Source: Phoronis australis (taxonomy: Eukaryota > Animalia > Phoronida). Taken from it: 47,586 nucleotides of DNA. The translations under genes and the position numbers were made by a program. Positions 12,442 to 22,850 of this stretch are shown piece after piece. Location of the stretch: the NCBI GenBank assembly GCA_002633005.1, contig NMRA01000716.1, positions 1 to 47,586 on the forward strand. Direction: 5' to 3'. Below the pieces are notes generated by a model that did no database searches, was not told where the DNA came from, and saw only the letters and a program-made list of their open reading frames with translations. Each line of letters starts with the position of its first letter. Positions within the stretch are counted from its first letter, which is position 1.

Positions 12442-12689
12442 TTATGCCTTTCCAAATCCATACGACTCAGTGAGTGCACGAGACATCATCACTTTAAACT
12501 CGTCAGGATCTGTCACACCTCTTGGAAATCACATCTTCAGGGAACATGTTGATGAAAAGGGATATCTCATTACACCAGGAGTCTGGTCAAAAAACTCTAC
12601 ATTGATTTTCCAATCAAACCCCTTTGGTGGTATATGATCTGCACCAGGCACAAAGGTGAGGAGGTCAGAAAGGGTTCCATCACCTTTAT
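12442..12689 (-). pseudogene. HECT E3 ubiquitin ligase C-lobe (G2E3-like) terminal exon
   Basis: Acceptor TTTTCTGTTTTCAG, then DKGDGTLSDLLTFVPGADHIPPKGFDWKINVEFFDQTPGVMRYPFSSTCSLKM*FPRGVTDPDEFKVMMSRALTESYGFGKA*. This fits the HECT C-lobe pattern LLxFxTGxxxxPPxGF...PxxxTC..LxLP...GFG. Catalytic Cys retained; one premature TGA at 12529. Confidence 0.8.
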
Positions 12690-13785
12690 CTGAAAACAGA
12701 AAAGATGCGTATTTGTTAAAAATATTGGCAAAAGACCACCATCTATACCAGAAATATACAAACACATTTGATGACAACTGACAGAGATAATGTCTGAAGC
12801 GCCATTAGCTTCTGAGGCATACTTGCTTTTCAAGAGTAGAGTGTAAATTCACACCCCATATGAGCCTGTGAAACATGAACCTATCACTTGCCAAGGCTCA
12901 GATTTAGATCTACGTAAGCACATCAGTAAGCCAAACACACTATGTTATAGTGGGCAGTTTATGACCATTCTAATAGATATTTTTAAGCAACGATTTTTTA
13001 CTTAAATTACCAATATGAATACTTGACAAAGCAAATTGTTTTTATCTGTAGGAGATGTGAAATTGGGATTTCCCCGAGTTGAAACCTAAAGCAGTCATCA
13101 CCTGTTGTTTTACTTACAAAATTCACGTGAATTAACTAAACTTACCTAAACTTACCGAGAAACTCCAATTTTTTTAACGACTGAAGGGGCACCTGGTACC
13201 AATTGGCTTATTAGCTAATAAAGCTAACATAAGGAATGTTAAGCTAATCATAAACAAAAAGACATGTATTTATATATTTATAAGGCATTTAGCCTTTAGG
13301 TTGTGAAAGTCACACTTCTTTGTGCAAGTTTCAAAATTCAAAACCTACTCGCGTGTGATGATCACAAACTTTTTAAATACAACAGTTAAAAACTTTCAAA
13401 AAGAAAAATTAAATACACTATTGTCTCCCCAATTTTGATATTTTGGGTATCATGATTTATAAAATGATAACGTCAGAAGCCTGACCACGTAGGCGCAGCC
13501 AACCATTTTACATTAATGGGTGTTAACATAAGATTTTCTTCATGTAGAAACAGTAGAAACTCACTTCAAACATATATTTATTAGGGGCTGCTCAGATTTG
13601 AACACACAGGTCTGCATTTAACTTGAAATACTCTTGATACTGTGACAGTGATGTAATACAGCTGGACTGACCCAATCCTCAAGTGCTCACATCAGCTTGT
13701 ACTTAATAGGTTTATTGACATCTAAAAGTACTGGGGTGTTACACTTTCTTGGTATCCCTGAAGTCTTTTGATTCTTGTCCAACCC

Positions 13786-14081
13786 NNNNNNNNNNNNNNN
13801 NNNNNNNNNNNNNNNNNNNNNNNNNNNNNNNNNNNNNNNNNNNNNNNNNNNNNNNNNNNNNNNNNNNNNNNNNNNNNNNNNNNNNNNNNNNNNNNNNNNN
13901 NNNNNNNNNNNNNNNNNNNNNNNNNNNNNNNNNNNNNNNNNNNNNNNNNNNNNNNNNNNNNNNNNNNNNNNNNNNNNNNNNNNNNNNNNNNNNNNNNNNN
14001 NNNNNNNNNNNNNNNNNNNNNNNNNNNNNNNNNNNNNNNNNNNNNNNNNNNNNNNNNNNNNNNNNNNNNNNNNNNNNNNNN
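13786..14081. other. Assembly gap (N run)
   Basis: Run of Ns. Confidence 0.99.
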
Positions 14082-14602
14082 CGACAAAGTCACGTGAATA
14101 TAAAGGATGTGCCACAATAAGTTTACCTGTAGAGACTGTCTCCGGTAATAGTAAAGTGCCACTCATTTCAAGCCCTGAATTCATATTCATTTTTATCAAC
14201 TAAATAATTTGTGACAAATGTTTTATTAATAACACGTGGTCTAAATGACAAAAATTGTTTTGGTGATGGAAAAGTTCTTTATAGACACAAACCTTAAATT
14301 CAGGCGATGAAGCAGGTGATCCACAAGGCCAAGGGTGCCCAACAGCTCTGACACCTTGCAAGATGATACGAAGGACATTGGTAGGGAAAAATTCAGTTTG
14401 AAATTCATTCTAAGGCCAACATACTGCCAAATCAAACTTGTAAGCCCACATTAATGAATCGAAAAATGAGACTATGCGTTCGGGTATTTTTGAAGACAGG
14501 ATGACCCAGGTTCCATTTTGGAGTTGGAAGGGGTAACTAGTCCCCATGTTGGCTTAGAATTTTGCTGGTGGTTTTTACTCATAGTTACAGGTGGCTGTAA
14601 AT

Positions 14603-15065
14603 TATGATGGGCCGTTGGGGGGAAAGTGTCGCCGGAAAAATACGAGCGTAATTATGTACATTACGCCGTTATTTACGGCGTTATTTACGCCGTTAATTAC
14701 GCGTAAAATTACGTGCGTAATTTAATTCTTTACGGCGTAAAATTACGCTCGTAATTTAGTTTAAACTCTTACCCAATGACGTTGGGTTTTACAATCCACG
14801 GTCGCGCGTGCTCATGGAAATGCTTATCTACTGACGGGTTACATGTCTACGGTACGAGCGCTGAATCATGGCGGATCAAATCACTGCTGCAATGTCAGCG
14901 ATTGTGCAAGAACGAGCTGCCTAGCAACAGTCCTGTATGTTAGGTGAACACTGACTGACTTAAATTTGGAATGTTCTTAAGGTATTTTACTAGCGTAATT
15001 TACGGCGACATTTCCCCCATTTAATTTCGAGCGTAATTTTACTGCAGCACTTTTGCAATTTAATT
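14603..15065 (-). mobile_element. Short IS3EU-family unit bounded by two termini (non-autonomous copy or right terminal module), outer right end truncated
   Basis: Starts TATGATGGGCCGTTGGGGGGAAAGTGTCGCCG (direct match to 4025), followed by a dense TTACG/CGTAA array. Ends with an inverted copy of 4085-4227, then LINE sequence begins. Confidence 0.75.
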
Positions 15066-15069
15066 GAGT

Positions 15070-15634
15070 TATGAATTTTATAAATGTTTTTGGGAAGAAA
15101 TAAAGGGTCCTCTTTTTGAGTGTTTTGAATACAGTCTTCAAGTTGAAAGTTTGTCTCCCTCACAAGATACAGGAATTACAACCTAAGTCTAAAGATGACT
15201 GAGAATTACAGTCTTTAGGTTTCTGGAGACCATTAACATTGTTAAACAATGTTAACCAAAGTTCTGACGTCACGTTTAAATACTTGTACGCAGCAGTTGA
15301 TACATATTAATCAGTGTGCTGTTAAAGGGAGATTTATTGGTTACAGTATAAGAATAATTGAAGATGTTAATGCATATACAAACTTAAATGAAGTTCAAGG
15401 CCACATCCTATTTTTAGACTTCAAAAAAGCGTATGACACAATTGAATGGAAATTTATTCATAAGGTTTTGCATGCCTTCAATTTTGGCCCCAATTTTAAA
15501 AAATGGGTTAACATTCTCTATAACAATGGCGAATTATATTAGAAAAAAACATTTAATCAGAGGTATTGCAGTATGCTGATGATACAACAATATTTCTTCA
15601 AGACAAGACATCGGGCTCCAAATTATTAGACGTC
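15070..15634 (+). mobile_element. L1/Tx1-clade LINE reverse transcriptase fragment
   Basis: EFYKCFWEEIK..., WRPLTLLN, LFLDFKKAYDTIEW.FI..VL..FNFGPNF.KW, then an internal deletion to LQYADDTTIF. Ends at the N join at 15635. Confidence 0.9.
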
Positions 15635-15635
15635 N

Positions 15636-16580
15636 GCGTTACCCGTCCACGCAACGTACAAAGCAGTGGAGAATTACCGTGTGTGTGGCAAGCACTTTCT
15701 GCCGTCCGATTATGAAAGGGATTTGTACGCTGAACTGATGAAGGTCCCCGCGAAACAACGCTTGAAGAAGGGTGCCATTCCGTCTGTGTTGATTCCCGGC
15801 AGTGCCCCGTCGCCACCCCCGAGAAGTGCGTTTTTGAAGCGAGAAGCCTCGCGAGCTGTGGCCAGTACAGTGACTGGAGCCAGTGGAGGCACTTCATCTA
15901 CTGTCACCCGTGCCTCCGAACGTACCCCAGAGCGTACAATTCCTGGAACCAGTAGTGATTCGCCCTGTGCAGTTTTCTCCAGCCCAGAGCCTCTAAGCAG
16001 CGCCCTGCAGCGATATTGAGTAGTGGGAGTGATTACAGGCCCAGTTCGACACCCAGTGAAGAGGACAGTTCGTCGTCCAGTGAACAGATCGGTGATCCAA
16101 ACTGATAAGTTTATTGTGGACTTGTCTAAAGTGTTGGAGCTATTTAGAAGGTGCCAGGTGTGTGGCGAGGGAGTCACACGACACAATGTAAGCAGTTTGG
16201 GTGCTCAGGTCACCATCCAGTGGGAGTGTGTCACGGGACACTCTGGCAAGTGGGACAGTTGTTCCTCTGTCCGTGGTATGCCGGAGGTCCACTTAACCAT
16301 GTCCAGTGGTGTGCTCTTCACTGGAAACACGTTTCAGTCGGTGAAGACAATGTTGGACTTTGGAAAAGTCAAGTTTTTTTTTCGAAAACAACATTCAACA
16401 ACATTCAGAACTCCTATTTAATACCAGTTGTCAATGACAAATACATGTCACAACATCTCGAGCTGGTGGCAGAATTCATGGAGAAGGAGAACTTGTCTGA
16501 CTCATCAGGGCGGTCCGCCAAGTATACCACATACACTCTAATGGAGGAAGAGACCAAAAAGATAATTGATGTGGAACTCG
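15636..16580 (+). pseudogene. Kolobok THAP-domain transposase, N-terminal part
   Basis: RVCGKHF...RLKKGAIPSV (THAP C-terminal half); FIVDLSKVLELFRRCQVC...GAQVTIQWECVTGHSGKW; DSSGRSAKYTTYTLME (degenerate GDGxxDSPGxSAKY catalytic region). Stop at 16017 and a poly-T frameshift near 16378. Confidence 0.8.
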
Positions 16581-16849
16581 GAACAGCACAAGCATTCAAT
16601 TGAGGTAGGCATAACAACGCACACAGTGCATTTGCACCAAGATGTGTCACCACGTCTGTCTTCAGTAGCGGCCTCGTTTCTCTCAACAGCTGCCTGTGCC
16701 TGTGTGTACTCTGCCTCGTTGTACTCGGGCTCAAACATGTACCCACCCACTGAATGTCCGTGAAAAAATTCCTCGTCACCACTGCTGTGAACATGGTTTC
16801 CGTCACTCACACTACTGTCACTGTGATACGGGTCACCGACTCCAGCCAT
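16577..16849 (-). pseudogene. KolX-like accessory protein (P2X7 ballast / nanor-like Cys-rich domain), 3'-truncated
   Basis: MAGVGD...GYMFEPEY...RRGDTSWCKCTVCVVMPTSIECLCCSE, matching the YxFEP...WCxCxxCxxMxxxxECxCCxE signature. Confidence 0.75.
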
Positions 16850-19800
16850 TTTCAGCTTACAACACACTAAACAATCCCTAAATCCAACGCAGTTGAGTTC
16901 TCTACTAACCTATCTTGCCACAGAATACTCGCCGATGGAAAGTGGTGGCGACAATTGGTGAAAAATAGCACAAAACAAAAGTAGAATAGAACAGATTCGC
17001 ACAGTAAGCTCAACGCAAAACCAAGTGGCGGGAAGCGCTTGCCTCCTAAAACGTCACTTCCGGAAAAGCGGACGAGTAATTAATAAAATTACGAAAAGCT
17101 GTAATTAAGTGAAAAATATGTCTAGGATAACCAACCAACCTTATTTTAGCTCAAAATGACATGGAAAAAGGTTGCCTTTGCCTTTAACTCCTGGTATAGC
17201 TCATTGGTTTAATATTTAGCACAGATTCCAGTGAGCAAACTGTATTTCACTTGTTGAACCTTTTCTTACTATCATGCAGCTCCTGCTTGACAGTGCACAT
17301 GTACTTTTATCTCCTTTTTTTCGAACAACTCATTAAAGCGTTTTATGGGGTTCGGTTTCTTTTCATGAATGTTTTCATCGTTGGTTTCTAAATCGTTCAA
17401 CTGCTTCCCAAAACATCCATTTCTTCATAATCTTAAAACTCCTGAGTCCTGAGCATTGAGCAACACTCAACAACCCCTTTCAAAATGTTGCCCTTCCAAA
17501 CAGTGATGTGACCTTCTGAATACAAGAGTGTAAGTTGTGGTACACTGCTGCACGTGCACAAAGTCACCAGCACCAGAAGCTTTAAAATCACACCACCAAA
17601 ACAGTGATTGTTTACATTTCAGAGAGCTCGCCTTGACAATTTCAAGAAGGTATACCGCTTTACAGTTGCATTTATGTACACGTCGAAGCCTGGATAATAC
17701 AGACTTGATCAGGGCTTGGGATTCCAGTTTCCTCTTTCTATCATTTCTTCGACTTTATTAAATGTTTAGTTCAGGTAAATTTTACAGCCAAAAATGTCTA
17801 TCACACAAGCCTATTTTTTGTGTATCATGTATCAGCTGGAAATTTCTCCTCTGTTTTTGTTATTGCTCATTCCAAGCTCTGCTTATTTTTCGTGAAGTAA
17901 CTAGAATGGATTTCATAACATAACAGTTTATTGTACTGGATTCTTGTTGGGTTTATCAACTGTAAACTATCACTAATAAAATATCCCCGTAAGTCATTAT
18001 GTACGGGAGCATAGGATAATAGCCACCTGTTTTAAGTTCGCATAAAAGTAGAGTACAAAATTCCAAACATAATTTCGAGTTCCATTTCCTGTAAAAAGAT
18101 CAATGACAGGGCCCAGGTATTAATTCCAGTATTTTTGGCGCTTAATCATGTTTGAAAGTGTTATGCTCTGTTTGGAAATTTGTTGCTCAACAGCTTATGA
18201 GCATGTTCGCGAATGGACCAGGCAGAGGGTGATAAACGCTATGTCACAGATTCTCTTTATATTTTGTCTGTGAGATGACACTAGCCCCACTGACTCCAGA
18301 CCACCTTTATTTTTTTCAAAACGCCCCCTTTTGGTTTCCATGGATACTATTTGTTTCCGACAAGTTTTCAGCCTGGCGGCAGTTCAGTTTTAGTAAAATT
18401 CCGACAGTTACGTTACGCAGTGGAAGTAACGTTGAAATATTGAACCTGTGTTATTGATCAGGTGTGACCTTCGACTACTTTATTCATGAAAATTTAAAAG
18501 ATTTCGATAATTTTTTGTCTGTTTTTAGAGCCGCATAAGATGAGTACTTTTAGTGATTTTTGAAACTGTCAAAATTGGCTAAATTCGTATCCCGATATCT
18601 CAGCTGGCACAGGTTTCAGAACATTTTAGTGCCAACCAATGTGTTGAGCTATTTTAGGTCTACAAAATAAGACAAAAAAATTTCCTGGCGCGAACGGATT
18701 TCATGTCATTTGAAGTCAAAAATGACTGGTGGTTACGCCATTTCACCACAATGAGTAATGCCGACAAACGTCAACAAAAAGTGAACATTTGTTAATAGTT
18801 GCCCAGCAAACGGCGAATCAATTTATCATTCATCAAATTTCGTATTTTCTAGGCACCGAGGGTACACTACTTTATTTCTAAAAAGTGCTCGTAGTCATGG
18901 AATTAGGATACTTACTACGCAAATAGCAGTAGTTTTGGCAGGACACCTTTTGCGAGAGTCGAAATTCAAATCTCACTGGTTTCACAAAGCACAGTAATCT
19001 TATTTGCACTGCTAAAAACAAAAAAAAAAACGCCGACAAATCATTTTCATAACATTTTCCTTCAAAAATCGTGTTGCCCTCTCCCCACTTGCGACGTTCC
19101 AAATCTTACAGTGTTGTATGAACAAGATCATTTATGGTTTTATCTGTGATTGTCCTGTTTACAAAGATGCTTACTGTGGGTTAGCTGTGGAGTGTGTCTG
19201 AACAAACATTTCTTGAAGAATCTTCAAGTGGTTTTGATGCAGGGCGTTGAAAGCGGAGGACGATTTCGCTGAGGTATGTTTCAGAAAATCGTACTGTAAG
19301 TCATTTTTTTCTGTGCCTGTTAATATATTTACGCAGCAACTGAAAAAAATGGATAAATCATGTCATTGTAAATCTCCATATCGCTCAGTTATGGCCACTT
19401 CGACTTGGATGGATTTTGGCTCTTTCAAACACTCCACCATGCTCTATTTTTGAAGTTCGTTAACGAAAACGCGTACCAGGATTTTAAGGTTCGTGCCGTC
19501 CCCCTCGAGTTTTAGTTGGCAATTTTGACATGAAGATGATGGTGATATTTACGCGTTCCTTGACGAGAATTCCATCAAGTCAAGTTTTGCCTAATTCAAC
19601 TTTTCATTCATTTTTATACCGTGTATGGTCACTGGCAAAATATGATACCTCGGTTTTGGCCATAACGCTAGTTATAGGAATCGATTATGAGCGCGCAAGA
19701 GAAAACGGAACATATTTGCGACGTTTCGTTTACTCAAAGTTAATGAGCCTAAACGTCAGAGAATATTTGTTTTCTCTTTCTCGCTTATAATGATTTTCAA

Positions 19801-20334
19801 GGGTTTCCGTTATTCATTTTCGGCAAGGTCGTCGTTTTCTCGCAAAGCTCTCCGTTTTAACGTTGATCATCGTCAATACACCTCTAAAAATAGCGCATTG
19901 TCTTTGCGCAAACTACATTGAGATTTAGGTCTCCCGAAAAAAGTTGACGATCGGATAGTGTTTAAAAGTCTAATTTTAAATTTCTCCAGTTAGTGCACCA
20001 ATGAAGTAAACGAAAGTAGTTCTGCTTGTTGCGTCAGCTTTTGGAATCATTATCTCGATTTATGACCCACAACTCGTGACTGGACAAAGCCTTTTCAAAT
20101 TAGTGTAGATAAGCCGGTGGAGCGTGAGACCCCTGAGGTCCCTATCGAGTCCTCACGACAACTCCGCGTTATGCAATATCTAGTCAAGTACATCAAACAT
20201 ATTAGTAACATTATCGAACCATACAACAGCTGGTTGCTAGGCAAAGAAGAAGACCACCTTTCACTCAGGATCCAATTTATAATTGTTAATAATTTTCCAG
20301 GGTGTTGCAATCACATACAAATGACTGAAAATTG

Positions 20335-21060
20335 AGCTTAGTCTTTTGCAGTCTTTGCCTATATAAGTGAATTTTTGCTAATCAAAGAATTAAATTGACA
20401 ACTTTTAATCTACAGGCTGGGTCTCCAAACAAGGCGGTAGACATATTTACATGTAACTGCAGAGGGAAATCACACAGATTTACCGTCCATGTTTTTAAAC
20501 GTCCCCGAAACTTTTGAACAAGTGAACATTCCCAATGCAAATGTAGAGTTGCTTCTTCGTATTGCTCACAGAAAGAACCCAAAGACAATTCACTAACACC
20601 TATTTTCTTAAAGTAAGAATTTGTACCAATAAGTCTGTGGTTGATACGGAATTGAAACCATCTGAGTCTGACATCGGATCGTACAATTATAATAAATTAC
20701 TGAATGATTATTTCCAAGACTGAGTATTATAGCATTAGTTAATTTCTCTCTCCCACTTCAATTCCGCGACAGGTTTTACATACAATTTGAAAAAGAATAA
20801 TTGATAGATTTTCCCCGTCCGTTTATTTTCCGAGGAGATTCGAAAAATATGTTCTGGAATAAATGGAGTGAATATAGTACTTTTGTCTCTTAGATGATTC
20901 CAAGAACGTCGTAATAGTAAGACTGTCTGCTTTTTTCGAATTGACGCGTTGTTCAAAAATTTAAAACTTTTATGAAAACACCAAAATTCTTGTCCAGCTC
21001 TATCTCCGAACAATGCAAAACCCCTCAAAAATTGTATGAAACAAGAATTCCGCAAGTAGA
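20335..21060 (-). mobile_element. L1/Tx1-clade LINE ORF2 3' fragment (zf-RVT region)
   Basis: RLRWFQFRINHRLIGTNSYFKKIGV...SFCEQYEEATLHLHWECSLVQKF...VVNLIL, the typical LINE ORF2 C-terminal CCHC region. Confidence 0.8.
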
Positions 21061-22049
21061 ATGATATCTTCGCTTCATTTTTTAAATAGAAAATTGTGAA
21101 AACGAGTGTCGAGAATATTGTTGACGCTCAGGGAGTACGTGAAATTTCTTTAAAATAATAAAAAATAAGGGGGAACTATAATCAGAAGAATGCGTTTCTC
21201 GACCGCAAAACCGATAATGTGCCTTTGAATTCCAAATGTATACATTATAGAGTTAATAATATTCCAGGTGGCAACGAGAAAGCGCAGCATTGTCTATTTG
21301 CTTTTCAAGGACTTTTATGAACACAAAGAAACTATTTAAATGTGAGTCGCGTTGCCACTTGTTTCGTATAGGAGATTACACCAGGGTTTACTTTAGCGAT
21401 ACACCTGCTCATATCAGAATATTTTCAAATTCTCAAAATGCAACTTGTAGAGAAATATAATATCAACCTACCTTCGGCGTTTGAGAGTCTCGAGAAAAGA
21501 CACGCGATGAAGCACCAGTGTGGGAGTTTCATCCTTATCGTGATCACGTCAAATGTCTTTCCAAAGCCACTGAGAAATTAGTGATTCCTTCGATATTTAT
21601 AACTAAACATGTAGAAAGGGAAGTTCCCGTTCAGGGAAATATAAAAAAATTCTGTGCAAGCGTACTTTTTGTCCACGTGTGCTGACGTCATTGCATAAAT
21701 GGATGCAAGTATAGTACAGTAAATGGGTGCCCAGTTAGAGTGAATAGAAAACTATACTTGCAATAAAATCTGAATTTCAAATGCGCACGAAAAGGAGTGA
21801 TATTTGATTGTGAGGCGAATAAATGATCCCGCGTCGTGTCAATCAAACAATGTTTTGATAGTTACAGGTGAAAAGAAGCCTAGGATTGGTTCCGGTTTGG
21901 TGAGCTTCCATACACGTTTGTGCATCCAATTTAATTATCTAACACAAATTTTCATTAGTGTTGACTTTTTACAAGAAGTTCTTGCAGTTTGGTGTTCCCT
22001 GCCCTAATGAATCAGCAGTGTTGGTACTATTGTGCAAAAACTAGACATG

Positions 22050-22850
22050 GAAATGTGATATTTGCCGAAAATTGAGGTGGTTTTCTGAAACGTTTGCAAA
22101 CATCTTTTTCTTATCGTACAATATTGTACATTTAGGTACACGTGCATACAGTGGTGTTTTTCCGAAAGTAAACGTTTTTTCCCAAAGAACTTCCATTCGT
22201 TTCGTCAAGTATTTTGAATACAGACCAGTGAATCGAAGTTTTGATTTTATGTACAGGTGGGTGTCAAATGCACTGATGCATGGCTTCTCATTGTTGAGGA
22301 TTCGGGTTACACGCAATGATATCTCGCAAAAAAGTACACAGTCTAGACCGTGCAATCAAATCATAATTCGCCGACTTATGACCGATTGACATCAACTAAG
22401 CATGGCGGCTCACCATAGGGGTCTGAGGGAGCTACCTCTTTTTCAGTGCTGCCCCGCCCATGGGCTATAGGCGGTGCACCAAAGGTGGGGATAGTTGGAT
22501 TTAGTACCCATTTTTCATGAGCCGTGCCGCCCATGCTAAACCAGACAGAGGGACAGAATTTGTTGAACAGACAACAATGCTCAGCTTTCACATGTATATT
22601 TTTAACGACATCCAGTTCAAGTCATAATAATCACTCCTCTCATATCTCAAACCAGTTGATACTTTCAGCTCCCATTGACCAATTGCAAAAACGTCTTATA
22701 AGGGTGCAACCAGTTATTGACATTGCAATGATGGCGAAATCTAAAATGTGGGCAAAGCACAATATTTTCCATCTAATACTGGAATACGACCAATGGCGAG
22801 AGTTGCTAATTACGATGGAACCTTTTTCTAATATTTTACCTTGCAGGTCG
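22050..22850 (-). pseudogene. Possible degraded hAT transposase fragment
   Basis: LCFAHILDFAI (resembles hAT CxAHxLxL), followed by LELDV (resembles LxxDVxTRWNS), interrupted by a MITE. Motif match only. Confidence 0.35.
22401..22535 (+). mobile_element. Dimeric CATGG(G)CGG-type MITE
   Basis: CATGGCGGCTCACCATAGGGG...GTGCCGCCCATG with an internal GCCCATG-GGCTA junction. Flanks CTAAG/CTAAA (near 5-bp TSD). Confidence 0.7.

Larger units (their letters stand above)
4025..15065 (+). mobile_element. Large IS3EU-like DNA transposon (DDE integrase-core transposase plus convergent HECT-domain relic); right boundary uncertain
   Basis: Left end TATGGTGGGCCGTTGAGGGGAAAGTGTCGCCG (TAY start, as known for IS3EU). 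4085-4227 matches 14935-15065 in inverted orientation. The interval contains a spliced IS3/IS481-like integrase-core gene. Confidence 0.6.
15636..17187 (+). mobile_element. Internally deleted Kolobok DNA transposon (left end missing at contig join)
   Basis: THAP-transposase on + and a convergent KolX-like ORF on -. Right terminus ...GTTGCCTTTGCCT followed by TTAA (17184-17187), typical of Kolobok ends and TTAA TSDs. Confidence 0.8.

Noticed and set aside
12191-12637. 148-aa + strand ORF
   Set aside because: Starts in the tandem-array repeat and is antisense to the HECT exon. No recognisable motif.
15666-16019. Host THAP transcription factor gene
   Set aside because: Continues into Kolobok transposase motifs with a stop and a frameshift, so it is a TE relic.
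16538-16867. Host P2X7 purinoceptor gene
   Set aside because: Only the Cys-rich ballast-like motif is present, with no channel or ectodomain exons, and it lies inside a Kolobok with a TTAA end.
17190-20090. Short ORFs and MITE-like AT-rich segments between the Kolobok and the LINE fragment
   Set aside because: No recognisable protein motif and no paired termini or TSD could be established by eye.
15070-21060. One contiguous LINE made from the RT fragment (15070-15634) and the zf-RVT fragment (20335-21060)
   Set aside because: Opposite strands, separated by a contig join and unrelated elements. Nothing shows they are one insertion.
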